Shown here: positions 1-13,999 of the stretch, one piece after another | Layout: each line of letters opens with the position of its first letter | Numbering within the stretch: position 1 is the stretch's first letter | Position numbers and translations under genes: made by a program | The notes under the pieces: model-generated | Databases searched by the model: none | Told to the model about the DNA's origin: nothing | Seen by the model: the letters and a program-made list of their open reading frames with translations, nothing else | NCBI GenBank assembly: GCA_053919585.1 | Contig: CM132794.1 | Strand: one strand, 5' to 3' | DNA: 64,000 nucleotides | Source: Euprymna scolopes | Lineage: Eukaryota

Positions 1-127
1 CTGAAATTAAAAAGACCGCTCGGCAAATGAAAAAGATATCCAGACAGATCGGAAAAATAAGTCTGTCCTGTTCAATCAAACGTGCTTGAATAATGACTTG
101 CTGCCAAAATATACAAATGTAAATACT
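1..127 (+). mobile_element. Penelope-like element, ORF N-terminal fragment
   Basis: Reads [18 protein letters not shown] / SVLFNQTCLNNDLLPKYTNVN, resembling the 'FN.TCL.N.LLPKYT' N-terminal motif of PLE ORFs. A closely similar copy lies on the minus strand at about 49128-49205. Confidence 0.65.
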
Positions 128-190
128 GAATATCTATGCAGCAATATTATCTATCCTTATAACATTTTAAGTGGATAAATTAAATAACAT

Positions 191-247
<57 letters not shown>
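191..247. repeat. (CA)n/(TA)n microsatellite
   Basis: Direct reading. Similar (TA)n tracts at about 5204-5259, 6897-6948, 16228-16264, 20033-20093, 30974-31054, 33851-33899, 36463-36524, 38451-38502, 42462-42533, 43514-43554, 49066-49127 and 56862-56910. Confidence 0.98.
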
Positions 248-249
<2 letters not shown>

Positions 250-2029
250 CCTTGAATCGTACGAGGACAGAAAGGGTAATAAGTTTAACTTTGAGAAGTA
301 ATTTTGCATGCAAGTATACCTAAATTAGCACGGGAAGAGTATATACAATTATAAAAGCACCTTGAAAATGAATACCCAGCTAGTATTAAAATGAACACAT
401 GGAGCTTGCGTTCGCACCCAAAACTATAGCTCGGCAAAAATTACTTTAACTCAGTAAGCTCATTTCCACAATTTGCCTAACTATAGTGTAGTTAACAGGC
501 GAGTAGCCTTCTCCATTTTTCACTTTCCTATATCTCTATGAAACTATCACACTCCCGTGTATGAAGCATTGTTAGCACAGATTGTTCCTTGCAACAAAAA
601 CAACCCTATCTTTTTGAACAGAGTGAAACTATGGATTTTGAACTAGCAGGAACCTATCATGTAAGCCGCAGCCCTCGGTACATTGCTGAACTCTAGTATG
701 TCCTGTTTGTTTTGAAAGAAATTCCTGGAAATGTAGTCCAATTAATTACTACGGTCAACGAAAAGTGTCCTGACAAACGGAAATTACAAAAATAAAAATT
801 ATACTTTCAATGTAAACATCTCTCTATATATTTTCTACTTTAATAGTTTTTTTTGTTTCGGATTGCTTGCCTTTGGAATTTCCTCTTTACTCCCCCGTTT
901 CACCCATATTGTTCACCCATATCGAGCCAGTATGTAAAAAAATTAATATAATGTGAACAAACATCTTGTTGTCTAAATCTCCACTTAGATTATCTTCATA
1001 AATCTATCTCATAGAAACGTGACACCTTACGCTTCGAGAACAACATTTCTTTTGGATGAACAAAAGTAAAAAAAGAAAGAAAGAAAGAAAGCATCTACTT
1101 CTCCCGTTTTAAAAGTAAGGAGGTGAGGCTTTTCAAGTGTTTAACGACCTGGATGTACGATCTTAATGTTTCAAGTTCGAATCAAGTTTGCTCAACAGAA
1201 TCACCTTCACCTAGGACGTTTGCAATATTTACGAGGCCCTTCTCGGTAATATTCGAAGGCTGTCTAGAAACACATTCTGACTATAACAAATCATCGGGGG
1301 AACGATATACTCTTCGAATACATACGATATTGTCATTTGAACAGTTCGAATGCAAAACATAGTGAAAGTCATTTTGAAAATTATGAAGCTATACGTATAA
1401 AAAAAATCTGTGTAGTTCTTACTTTTAAGCGTACCAGAAGATTACGTTTTATAAACCTTATCCAAAAAGTTACAGAAAGGTGAAAAATCTTTGTCATTTT
1501 ACCAATTATTTTTGTTTCTATTTCATATATTTTATAGATAATGATCTGGAAATCAATTATGGCTAAGTATAGCATTCAACAATGTACGCAACTTGTAAAA
1601 TTGTTTTGCTAAAACTAGTGGTCGATTGTTTTGACTCAAAGCATCTCTCGTTATATCTAGCTATAGCAATTTCAAATGGCGACCACGTTCCCCAGACTTG
1701 ACTAGCCTCAGTTTTTCTTTGGGGGGGTGTCTTAAAGAAATGTCGATGTAAACAAATCTCAAACCCTACAAAGTCTGAGGGAAAACATCTGGAACGAAAT
1801 AAGGGACTTAATCGCAATCCAGACATTCTGCAATCTGTGATGAATAATGTTTTGTAAAAAGCAAAAATAAGCGAAGCTGAAAATAGCCAATATTTACAAA
1901 ACATTATTTTTCCAAAAATTCCAGTATTGCATTTTTATAAAAATATTTGCAATTTCTTAGTCAGATTGTGTTAAAATTACAGAAAAGTTTAATAAAAAAA
2001 ATAAGGAATTTATTTAAGTTCCAAATCCT

Positions 2030-2056
2030 TGAGTAAGTTTTTGGACACCCTGTATA
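2030..2056 (-). mobile_element. Tc1/mariner-type terminal inverted repeat end (TA-CAGGGTG)
   Basis: ttttggacaccctgtata is the reverse complement of TATACAGGGTGTCCAAAA. A similar end (ttttttgggtcaccctgtata) lies at about 29283-29303. Partner ends not located. Confidence 0.5.
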
Positions 2057-4193
2057 ATACAATACCGAAATAATTCCTTTTTTTTTTAAGATAATTCATT
2101 AGTCGAGGTCCGTATTTAATATCTTCTCATTTTTTTGTTATGTATCAAATTTAAACATATTTCATTTATCACGATTTGCATGCGAAATCTCTATCAATTA
2201 CAATGTTCAGGAAAGCGTGTTAATACTCAAATCTGTATAATATTAGCATAGCCGTCCGGTTTTGCGCAGACGTAAAATCCGATTTAATATGATAATTAAA
2301 TTCGTTAAGATTTCATATATATTATTATAGAGCCAATTCGCTATTGAATATTATGTTGTATCCGGCATATAGTAATGATTTCAAAAGTTTCAGATGTATG
2401 ACGTGGGTTCCATCAGTTAAAAACGAAACCAAAACATATAGCGCCCCAGCATTATTCCATGACAATCTACCCCGCATTTATACACATCAAAACATTAAGA
2501 ATAAATGCAAACATGCACATGCGTAGAAAAGCACTTTAAGTAAACTTACGCTTGCCAAGTTAAATTTGTTTTCAATCTTGACGTCTTAGCATCTATTTCT
2601 ATTAACTAAAACAACACTGAATTAGTTACACAGGTCCAAATTTCTTATATATCAAGTTCTAAGTGTATACACCAAATATTGACAGAATAGTTAGATACAA
2701 ACTATTTCTCAAACAGACAGACGTACAGACAAAAAAAGGTTACGATATATATATATATATATATTTATTTATATAAATATATATATATATATATATTTAT
2801 ATAAATGTGTAAAACAGATTCGCAGATTGTCTTAGATTAGACAGCATAAAATATATTCTTGGATTTAGTAAACTCACTGGCACGCTTAAAAAGTATGCAT
2901 GGATTTCACAGCTTCAAAGCTATTCCCGACGCAAGAAAATTCAGAAAGGTATTGATAATTAGCAGTTTCCAATATATTTATGGATTTAGCCGCTTCCAGA
3001 TTTATCCTTGTACTTAGTACATTCTCTTGTATGCTAATTTATTGACTGTTTCAAAGATAAACTTACATCCAGCAGTTATTTTTACTGTTTCTCATTCTGA
3101 ACAAGTCTATTTCCACTAAGATCGTGAGGAGCTACTATTTAGGATCGTGTCTAACAGTTGAGTGAGTTGAGTTAGATGTCTGCTCGCGTTACATTAAAAC
3201 CCGTGCATGTTAGTATAGTCAGAGATGTAGGAAACAGGGAGAGAATTCAAAAGTCCAACAGTTCAAGGATAGAAACTATTAAACTCGTAGTCTTTCCGAC
3301 ATCTACGGACCTCAACATAAAGGAGTAACATTTTTCTGTATGTCTGCTTTGGCGAGAATATGTACGTCGAAGTGATCTAAATTAATTAAATATATTCCAT
3401 TTAAGTACCTGTAAATAATATTTAGGGATCAACATGCGGCGATGGGACGGAGGTTTGTGCTTGGTCGATAGTGACGGATTTATTAGATTGGTGACAATTT
3501 CTCAAAAAGAAGATTATGTATATAAACTCTGGACTAAGTCGTTTTTCAACCAATTAGCCGGCTACATGTAACCCTAATGAACACAAGAGAATGGACACCG
3601 CGTGTGTAAATCTTCAATGACCATACATGGAGATTCAACCAGCTTTCTCCGATGGTTCAGGTTTAATAGGAATAAGTTCACAAGCGATCCTCAGTGGCAT
3701 TTCTGTCTCGGTCAGGGGAAATGACGACACTTGTTAATTTGACATTATTTACGAAGGTGTCAGCAGCCTTCTATATAGAGCACCTGGTACCCACAAAGAA
3801 TAATCCATGACCAGGTTTAACGTTGCTAAATCTCGGCGATGTAACGGAANNNNNNNNNNNNNNNNNNNNNNNNNNNNNNNNNNNNNNNNNNNNNNNNNNN
3901 NNNNNNNNNNNNNNNNNNNNNNNNNNNNNNNNNNNNNNNNNNNNNNNNNNNNNNNNNNNNNNNNNNNNNNNNNNNNNNNNNNNNNNNNNNNNNNNNNNNN
4001 NAGGAAATGATAAAAATGCCACATGAGACATTAAGTATTATTTGATCAAACTGCTACTCCATGGTGAAGTCCATATACATATAGTTTACAAATTAATTTA
4101 CTGACAACTTTCTCCCATTGTAGGTTTGAGCGCAGCTGTGTTCGTTTTGGGACCAGTCTTATCAGGTTTGCCGATCTGTGAACTTTTGACAAG

Positions 4194-5159
4194 ATGCAGG
4201 GAAACAAAGAACAACGTTATGCCAACAAATTTGTGTTAAACCTAAAAGAAAACAAGAAGCTTATGAAATGTTGGAGGTTTAGGAGGTTGAACAGTTGAGT
4301 CTAGCAAGTTTCTAGCGGTGGTTTAACATATTTTGGAAGGACATGAACAGGTTGACGATGATAAGGATCCGGAGCACCGAACAGTCCACGCAAGAAGGAA
4401 AACATTGAGGAAGTGTAAAGATTAGTGATGCAAGACCGTCGGATAAATGTGACGATTATATCTGAAGCTGATATCGCATTGCAGAGAGTTCGAAGATCTG
4501 GGTCTCCACAAAACCTGTACCAAGTTCGTGCCAAATGTCCTCTCTGAAACAGTTTCGTGTGGAATGTTGCACTGACATTCTTGAAAAGATACAGACAGAT
4601 TCAGGTTTCCTAAATAAGGTAGTGGCTTGCAACGAGAGAAAACGTGCCAAGTGCAAGCACCCATCCTCCCCGAGGCCACAGAAAGCAAAGATGGGCAGGT
4701 CAAAATAGAAGGCAATGGTCATTCCTTTCTTTGCCTCCTAGGGACTCATTTATGTTGAATAGGTTCCTCAGATTCAAACTGTCATTAAGGAATATTTCCT
4801 AACTCTTTTGAAAATATTCAGGGAGGAAATGAGAAAAAGAGTCAAGAGCAGTGGAAGAGTGGTTCTACCAGGACAATGCCCCACGCCATAAGTCAACGCT
4901 GGTGACCACCTTGATGGCCGACAGAGGAATGAAAGTGGTACACACGACAGCCCTGAACTTACTCCATGCGACCTCTCGCTGTTCCCTTGCATAAAAAACA
5001 GCTTCAGGGGAATCAGATTTAAGTCAAAAGAAGATCTGAAAGAGGCATCATAAAATTACCTGAAGTGGCTACCGAAGAATGACTTTGAGGAGATCTTCCA
5101 CGATTGGAAGAGACGCATGGACAGATGTACATGCGGGAGGCAATTATTTTGAAGATGAC
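4194..5159 (+). pseudogene. Degenerate mariner (DD34D) transposase
   Basis: Across stops and frameshifts: MQGNKEQRYANKF, RKKENIEEV*RLVMQDRRI, DLGLHKTCTKFVPNVLS, KHPSSPRPQKAK, WFYQDNAPRH, SPELTPCDLSLFP, GGNYFED. These are mariner motifs (HDNAPAH, YSPDLAPCD, GxYFE) in the correct order. Confidence 0.93.
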
Positions 5160-5200
5160 AAAGTTTTGTAAGTTTATGAAAAAAAATATCTCTCCTGACA

Positions 5201-5262
<62 letters not shown>

Positions 5263-6891
5263 GATCTAATTTTCTAGTTCTACATCCTTAATAAGCAAAT
5301 GGTGTATTACTTCTGAATAATTACCGAGAATACTTTTGCAATACACTTTCTTGCATTCAATGGTAGTTTTTATTGCTTTTTCGCAAATAACATCTGTAAA
5401 TGTCGAGGGTTCCCCTTGAATCTAAGCTCAGCTTAACAAACACGCTTTACCTGCTTTATTTTAGCATAGTAACCCGAGGCTTCTTTTAAAAGGGCAAGTC
5501 TTAAAACGGCACAAACTAGTTGAGTATTTTGCCAGAAAAGTAGACGTATTTGATTTATTTACAAGAAGCAAAGTGTAGTATCTGTTTCGCTACTATATTT
5601 TCTATGTTTAGTCAGTGTTTTAGACTAAGGCGATTTACTCATTTCAAGAATACATAGAGATATATAAGCCAACAAATATATTTATGTTGGATAATCCATA
5701 TACCCGGGAGTGACGGTAAACAAAAGTCGGCAAAGCCTGGGATATGACGTCAGAGTGTGGTAAAATTCTAGGACTAAAATTCCTGGTCATGGAGTTTGAC
5801 CACATGTTGGAATGTTGATGTTATCTGTGCCAAATTAAAAAAAGAGAAACAGCCAGAGAACGGAATCGAGAGAACGCGACAGAAAAGGGTTCTAGCAACA
5901 TATTCCTCTCCACACTACCACCACCACCATGCATTCCATTAGACTTGTGAAACTGTCATTCGAAAACAGAACAATTATATTTACAAATAAACGAAATATT
6001 TTAATAACACAGCTGTGTGTGAATTAATTATTGCCAACGAGTGTATAAATCAAGAAATGACAAACATTGATTCTAAAAAAGAAATGATCATTGCCAATCA
6101 GCGAAATATAACAGTTACACCAAAACGCCATGCATAGATCCGTGGTAAAGAAGATAAATGGTTATATATAAATTGCGTACCAACAATCTGTCGCAGTTAT
6201 GGCACAAGAACCAGAACGTGTGCATCCTTAACTACAAAATCAGAAAAAAATGGGTATTTGTGCAAACAATAAATTATATGAACATAAACTAAAAATTTGG
6301 AAAAAGAACTGACGATAAGGTATTATTTCGCAGAACGTAAAGTTACATTCATAATGTAATGGTGTAATACTATTTCAGGAATAAATACATTTAATCAACG
6401 AAAATAACTACATGAATATAAATATAAATACATCGAAATATACAAAAATTCGTAGCAGGTATGGCTCAAGAACCATGACGCGTATTTCTGTGATATATTT
6501 CTGTTAATACACTTACATAATGAGTCTCATGCGTACGTTTTGATTATTACCAACCTGCAAGGTCATAAAGGCGAAGGAAGGAGAACTCTTTTTCGACAGT
6601 AATTTAATTTTTCTCCTTATTTACATTTGAGTTTTATGCGCATTAAAAAATCCCGCGACTGTGACTAACTCTGTCTGCGTTCGGAGGAACGTGAATGTTC
6701 GTTGTCAGATGAAAGAAAATTTCTAGCTACGGCATTACTCTGGTCCATCCCATGATTAAAAGGGGAGTATACTAAGCGAACCGTATGCTTTCGAAAAGAC
6801 ATACTGTACACGCAACGCTATCACAAACGAATCGAAAATTAAAAACAGGCTACGAGAATACATTTATGAGGAGAATGAGCACAAATGTGAT

Positions 6892-6953
<62 letters not shown>

Positions 6954-7543
6954 AAATGATAGATAAATGAAAGGAATCGTTGAAGGGGAAAATTCATGCA
7001 AAAGAAGAAATTAGGAAATCAAATGAATTATCGAAGGATACTGATATCCTTTACAGAAATGTATTCGATGTGTACAGTTTGTGATCAAAATTCTTGATCA
7101 AAGAAAAGGTTATTGAGTACAATACGTCGGATAGACGTACGTGAGAATAATCTAATTTGATAAACTTGTTATGTTTGTCTGTCTGTCTCTCTGGCACCAT
7201 TTCTTTCAAAGTGCATCTCCCCGAGACACATTTCGCAGAGCGGCGCGGGGCGAGTGAAATGATTGAATTTTTTATGAGTCATTTTGTATTAATAAGCCAG
7301 TAAAAATAGCTTCCAATGAATCAATTGAAAAAAATAATGAATTTGGCAGGAACAAGTCGACTAAACCTGTTATTTGTATGGATGCGGAAATTTATACAGT
7401 TACACATTAAATTCGGTTCATTTTTAACGATATCTCAGCCATATGTTGAGAGCTCGAACAGAAACGTCTAAGGTTGGAGCGCTATATTTTTTTATTTCGA
7501 TTCTAGATAATTACATTCAAGCCATTTTTTAAAAATCACTAAT

Positions 7544-7721
7544 AGCCTGAAGAGTCCTAGAGTAGATTAAATGCGGAATATTCAGTGTAGCTTAATCGCC
7601 ATATATATTTTATAAATTACTAACTAGCTCTACCTACGTATTGAGCACTTTTGAAGTAAATACTTGAAGTTTATGCACAGATCTTTCGTATATTAATTTT
7701 ATGTGAGTAAATTAAGTAGTT
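7544..7721 (+). mobile_element. Penelope pseudo-LTR fragment (family A) starting with a degenerate hammerhead
   Basis: agc-CTGAAGA-gtcctagagtagat-TAAA-tgcggaatattcagt-GTA-gcttaa. The downstream ~125 bp matches 48804-48952. Confidence 0.75.
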
Positions 7722-7859
7722 ATATATATATGTGTGTATAAAGATAATAAATAATAATCAATAGTCACTCTGTAATAATAAACAGAAAATCTGCATAAAT
7801 TAAGATATCATATTTAAGCGTATTTTAGGACCGGGTAACGCTGGCCACCCAAGAAGTAA

Positions 7860-9170
7860 TAAATAAAATGATAAAATGTGTAAGGAATCGTAGTGTGATA
7901 GAAGGAATAAAATAAAATAAAAGGCAACATGAAGATCACAAGAAAAGAAAAGAGAGAAGAATAAGAAGATGATTATTGATTATTGGTGGAAGATGAAAGC
8001 GAAGAAGCGAAAGAAAATTGGAGACAGAAAAGAAAGGAAAGAAAAGAAAAAAAACGCACAAGAAAGAAAAGAAAAGAAAGATACAGTGAAGGGATGATAG
8101 GAAAGAGATAATGAAGAAAGGAAAAAGAAGTAAAAGATATAATAATGAATCGAAGGGGATTATGAAGCAACAGAAAAAAATGGGAAAAAGGTATAAAAAG
8201 ACAGAAGAAATTAAGAATAAAAATAATGAGAAAAAAATAGGAAAAGAAGATAACGAAACGAAAACAATGACGAAGAAGAAGAAAATGAAAAAAAATAGAA
8301 ATCTAAGGAGGTTATGAAGTAAGCGAAAAATGATATGTGAAACGAAAAAAAAGAGAAAAATAAAAATGAGGAAGACGTGGGAAAAGAAATAACGAAAGAA
8401 AGAACGAAGAAGAAGAAGAAGAAGAAGAAGAAGAAGAAGAAGAAGAAAAAGAAATTGAAGAAAAAGAAATTGAAGATTATGATACAAGCGAAAAACGATT
8501 AAAAAAAGTGAAACAAAACAAACGAAAAAAAGAGGATTAAAAATAAGGCAAACGTAGGTAAAGGAAATAACGAATAAAGACTAAACGAAGAAAAGAATAA
8601 AAAGAAAATGAAGAAAATAAAAAAAGACATCTATGCAGATTATGACGCTAGCGAAAAATTATGAAAAAGTTGGATGAAACAAACAAGAATAATAAAAATA
8701 ATAAAGCCATAGAAAAAAAAGAGATAACGAAGAAAAGAACGAAAGTAAAGAAAGAAAAAGAAGAAAAGAAAAAAAAAGAAAAGAGAAAAGAATACACCTA
8801 AGCAGATTATGATGTCGGCGAAAAATGATAAAACAGTGGAACGAAACAAATAAAGAGACTAAAAACAATAAAGATGTAGACAAAAAGAAATAACTTAGAT
8901 TTAAAAGGCGATAATGATGAAAACATTGCTATAACAAAGTAGAATGAAAACACAGAAGAAAAAGAAGAGAAATAAACCATAAAATAAGAACTTGAAGGAA
9001 GCAGAACAAATATATAATCAGAAACATCTTTTTTAAAACCACAGAAGAAAATATAAATGAAAAAGAAGAGGAAAAAGAAGAAATAAAAAAAGAAAATAAA
9101 AATAAAGGATGAGAATGAAAAGCGTAAAAGGTAGAAGAATACGTTGAATTAATAAAAAAGAAAATATTTG
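7860..9170 (+). repeat. Purine-rich low-complexity tract with (GAA)n and a cryptic ~165-bp period
   Basis: A/G-rich; (GAA)n at about 8406-8446; recurring GATTATGA...GCGAAAAA-like anchor at 8158, 8310, 8475, 8638 and 8805. Confidence 0.85.
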
Positions 9171-9825
9171 GAAGTATTTTATTTCCTTCCAGCCGCTTCT
9201 TTATAGCCCAAAGAACGCATCCATCATTAAATCAGGTCGATGTATTTACAATTTAAATCTTAAGCGTGCCAAATAGAAAAGCCGACCGGAAGACAAAATC
9301 ACGTCATAAAAAGATGCAGACGAATACATCCTATTTCAAACGTAAGCGTAAAAAATGTGAAAATGATATTTGAAGCTTTAGTGTGACAGACTGTGTGAAA
9401 ATCCTGTTTCAGATGTTAAAAACACAGCTCGTCCCATATACGTGGACATTAGGGAATATGTCTAACAATGCGCATGTGCAGTTTACCTAATTTGGACATG
9501 ACTGTTTTAGCCAAAGAAATTACTAATTAACNNNNNNNNNNNNNNNNNNNNNNNNNNNNNNNNNNNNNNNNNNNNNNNNNNNNNNNNNNNNNNNNNNNNN
9601 NNNNNNNNNNNNNNNNNNNNNNNNNNNNNNNNNNNNNNNNNNNNNNNNNNNNNNNNNNNNTTCTCTTTCCGTAGTTTATCTTTTTTATTAACGTGGGCTC
9701 TCCTTTAATGATAAACATTTCAAATGAAATAGGCGAGGTAACTCCCGATAGCAATTTACTAGTACGTCATATAAAAACCCACCGAAATAGGTCAGTTTCT
9801 GTTGGATTGAGTGTTCATAACGAAC

Positions 9826-10800
9826 CTTTTTTATTACATTTTTATCCCAACAAATGCACAGTGCAATTTTTATGCAAATGGCTACTATCAGGGACGTAAG
9901 TTGCATGGATACTATGTAGGGATTTGAGCAGCAAGATATCTGTTCACATTACACTTGAACTGCTGCATGTCAATAAAGATGGGGTAAGGAACCCGGAAGG
10001 GAATTCCAAAGTCTAGCAGTTCTGGAAAAGAAACTATAAGAGTAGAAGGCTTTCTATGATCTGGATATCTCTACTGTGTAGGGGTGGGATTTCGCTGCTT
10101 GTCGGGTTTGTCGTTGGTATTTACGTCGGGGGAAGGAGGGGGACGATACACGGGCTTGTAGTATGTCGGAACATCCACCAGTAAACTAGTTGAAAAAAAA
10201 GATAGAGGGATACAGCAGATCGTTAATAGAACAGAGGCCGAAGCTTAGATAACAGAATGACCTAAAAAGGGTTGATATGCCGTAAAACAAAAACAAGCAA
10301 CCAACCAACCTTAGATGATAGTTCAGGATCTATCAAGTTTGAGAATCTCTTTTGAACCCTGTCCAGGAATGAGATCCTAGTAGCAGATGCACTAGCCCAG
10401 ATGTGACAACAAATCCGATACATGGGCGAATGGTGCCTTGTAGAGGTACAGGATACTTTCAGGCGAAAGTAAATTTCTAGTACGATAGGGAGAGCCCATT
10501 TTCTTCGCAACAGCCTTTGGCAATGCTATCGATGTATCTGTTCAAACTCATATTCCCTGTGAACGTTAAGCCGACGAGGTTGAATGAAGTACTTTCAGGT
10601 AATGTTCCTTTAGCTAAGGCTATTGGTGGTGTTGGAGATTTCTTGTAATCATTAAAGGAAACGAGCTTAGTCTTAGCAGCACTGAACGTGGCCATCCATT
10701 TTGACCTCCTTCCTCTACAGACTGAGGGTCTTTCTCTAGGGTTTCCTCCATTGCCTTGGATATGTATTCGTTCGTTTCCCCCATCATGTATGTTATAAAA
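9826..10800 (-). mobile_element. CR1-like LINE family A, 5'-truncated 3' fragment
   Basis: Minus-strand frames give KWMATFSAAKTKLVSF, LVGLTFTGNMSLNRYIDSIAK and CCHIWASASA...LDRVQKR. The 3' tail resembles 13760-13826. Confidence 0.9.
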
Positions 10801-11559
10801 CATGTATTTAGCAATCTAGAGTCTCAATTTGTATATAGCAGTCCAAAGTCTCATATAATCTGAAGCTGTACTATGCATACGTCTAGACTGTAAATGTAAA
10901 TTTACAAATTGTAAACGAGTATAGAGATATTAGACGCATTTGAAATAATATACGTCCATTCAATTTATGCTATTAAAAAAAAAAAACTAAAACTGGCCGA
11001 TAGAGAGAACTTCTTAGAGCGATGATTAGATACATTTACATTCGCAGAACATGAAGAAAATAAACGAAAAGTTAAAAGGAGGAAGTGATAGAGAAAATAA
11101 AAAAAAGAGTGAGAGAGAGGGGTGGAAGAGAACGAAAAGACAATGAAAATAAAAAGAAACATTTGATTGATTTTTATTTTTCGTTTTAAAAATATCAAGC
11201 GAATCAGAAGGTCAATGAAGGAAGAAATAAATAATAATAAAAAAATAGGCACAGAACATGATTCGCTACAGATATCGAGTGTTTCGTTCGAATAACTGGA
11301 CATCAAAAGCAAATATCTGGCTGAAGACATCAGTCCGAAAAAAAAATCAAAGGCTCTCAAAAGTCAAGATCAAGTACCTTTTATCTTTTTATTTTTTATT
11401 TTTTTTTATATTCTTAGTTCCTCTGTGGTTTGCCACCATTCCCTGTTCGCGTCTTCATTCGAATGCAATTCAGCCTCATCGGGTCACACCTCTGAACTCA
11501 TTCTCTTATAGTCAGATTACGCACCCTCTCTTTTAGCGTTCGTAACTCTTATTTATTAC

Positions 11560-12260
11560 GGTATCCACGATTTCTTTTTTTTTTTAATTTCATTTTGGCT
11601 TGTTGTTGTTTAGTTTGCGTTTTCTTTTTTTAATTTTTCTTCTTTATTTTTTTTTTACTCGTTTTTCTTCTTAGTTATTGTTGTTGTTAATCGTGATAAT
11701 GTTGTTGCTGTATTTTGCTCTTACTTTCTCCTTATCTCTTTCCTTTTGTTCTTTCTCGTTTTTCTATTTACCATTCTTCTTTCTCTTCTTCTCCCTTCGC
11801 TTCTTCTTCTTTTTTGTCTTCTTTCTTTTTCTTCTACTTTGTTACTATTTCCCCCTTTCTTTTTTCCTTCTGTTTTATGCCTTCTTTGTTTATTTTCCTT
11901 ACCTTCTTTCCCCTTCTTTTCCTCTTCTCTTTCCCTTAATGATGCGTATTCTCATTCGCATTTCATTTTCCCCTTCTCTTACTCTTTCTAGTTTTTCTTC
12001 CTCTTCACTTGCAACTTTTTTACTCTTTTCTTAACCTTATTTCTGTTTCATTTTCTCTTATTTTCCACATCTTTATCCTATTTTCTTCCTCTTCTCTGTA
12101 GCCTTCTTATTCCACTTTGTTATTCCTTCTTTTTCTCTCCCTGCCTTGCTCATCTACCCCCTTCCTCCCTTTCCATCACTATTCCCTTTCTTATTTCCAT
12201 TTTTCCATTCTCCTTTTTTTTTCTTCTAATTTACTCTCCGTTCTCTACCTTTCTCTTCTC
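11560..12260 (+). repeat. Pyrimidine-rich low-complexity tract
   Basis: T/C-rich; produces spurious Phe/Leu/Ser ORFs in all frames. Confidence 0.9.
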
Positions 12261-12654
12261 TTGGCAAATTGTATTATTTAGCCTCTCTTCAGCCCCTGCC
12301 ATTTCAGATGTAAAGTTTTGACTCGCTCTTTCATCTATTTGGCGTTTGCCTAGCAACTGGTATTTCCATTATTCCATGTCCTGTTTTGTTTTTCTATGTT
12401 GTTTGATTCAGTTGTCTGAATGGAAGTTGTGTACGAATTGCAACTAGCGAAATGGATATCGACCCGGATTGAAAAATCGCCAAGCCGGCCTCAATAGTTG
12501 CAATTTGGAGTTTTAACCAACGTCGTGTTCACATGGACCTTTGCTCTTTACAATAAACGTTTATTATAATAACCAAAGAATTCTAATATGTATAACAATA
12601 GCTGAAATAACTAAGCATAACGTATTAAAATATAGCTAGAACATTCTACTAATG

Positions 12655-12655
<1 letters not shown>

Positions 12656-12688
<33 letters not shown>
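12656..12688. repeat. (CTA)n microsatellite
   Basis: Direct reading. Confidence 0.95.
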
Positions 12689-12690
<2 letters not shown>

Positions 12691-13305
12691 ATAATAATAT
12701 TGATAATAATAAGAAAAAAATGTAAACAAACTTTTAGAAAATGTATACATGAAACAGACATACGATAGTTTATTATTACAATAATAAACGCAGTAATAAA
12801 AAAAAGTTTGCGGAGAAAGAAATTTAGTAATTGCATAACAGATCGATTTATTTTATATGTATACCTACTATCTTTGCAATCTTTCTTTGGTGTTCGATTG
12901 GCTATCCAAACTCGCGTAAATTACCACATCAAACACATGTTCACTTGTCAACCTTTTCCTAATTACCGCCCAGTGAGTTTAACGCTCAATAAATTCCTGA
13001 ACGAGATGCCTTAGATATAAAACGTTATAACTATGCAATATTCTTTGCCAGGAAATAACAAAACATGGTGAGACTTCAACACTTAATATCAATTCGACGT
13101 GAAAACCTAACTTACATGTTCATGTTCCTTTTTTTATAAAATCTTTAAATAAAGTTAATTTTGTTAGTGTGAAAGTTCTGGTATTTTACTTAGAATTTGG
13201 TTGCTGTCTAACCTTCATTAATTAAAGTCTGCTTAGTTAGATCAATACAGACACAACCAACTCAGAAAAATGGCGACATCTCGTCCTCAGCAAGCAACAC
13301 TTTAA

Positions 13306-13826
13306 CCATTCGCCCATGTATGGAGCATTGTTGTCATATTTGGGCTGGTGCATCTGCCACTAGTCTCTCGCTCCTAGACAAGGTTCAAAAGAGAGTCGCC
13401 AATCCGATAGGTCGTGAATTGTCAGCTAAACTTCAGCCTCTGTCACATCGACGAAATGTTGCATCCCTCTGCCTGTTCTCCAAGTACTTTAACGGTGAAT
13501 GCATTGACGAACTGCAAGTACTTGTGCCCCCTCGACGTAAATACCCCCGACAAACCCGACAAGCGGCTAAATCCCACCTCTTCACAGTAGAGATCCCTAA
13601 ATGCAAGAGGGCCTTCTACTTCAGTAGTTTCTTCCCCAGAACAGCTAGACTTTGGAATTCCCTTCCGGGTCCCTGCTTCCCCGACTGTACTGACATGCAG
13701 AAGTTCAAGTTCAACGTGAACCGACATCTTGCTGCCCAACTTCCTACACAGTTTATGTCCCCTGATAGTATTCCCCTACAATAAAGTGGCAATGTGCCTT
13801 GTTTGGGGTGAAAATGCAATAAAAAA
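13306..13826 (+). mobile_element. CR1-like LINE family A, 3' end (ORF2 C-terminus and 3' UTR)
   Basis: ORF 13320-13784 has MEHCCHIWAGA, LQPLSHRRNVASLCLF, SFFPRTARLWNSLP and KFKFNVNRHL, followed by an A-rich tail. Confidence 0.93.
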
Positions 13827-13999
13827 TTTAAAAACTCACATCAACCATCCACTATATAATTATTCCAGGCAACTACAGACCAATAGATGGAAACAAAGAG
13901 AATTAGCGAGACTCTCTGACATCCTTATATGTTACGAGACTCATGATGACACCCAACAACATAGCAAGGCTAAAAGAAAAACATATACAACAAATATAG

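Noticed and set aside
960-1362. ORF 1123-1362 and a minus-strand frame vaguely like a transposase C-terminus
   Set aside because: No diagnostic motif recognised and the minus frame has stops.
7936-12034. Long Phe/Leu- or Lys-rich ORFs that look like membrane proteins
   Set aside because: Translations of low-complexity tracts, open in several frames.
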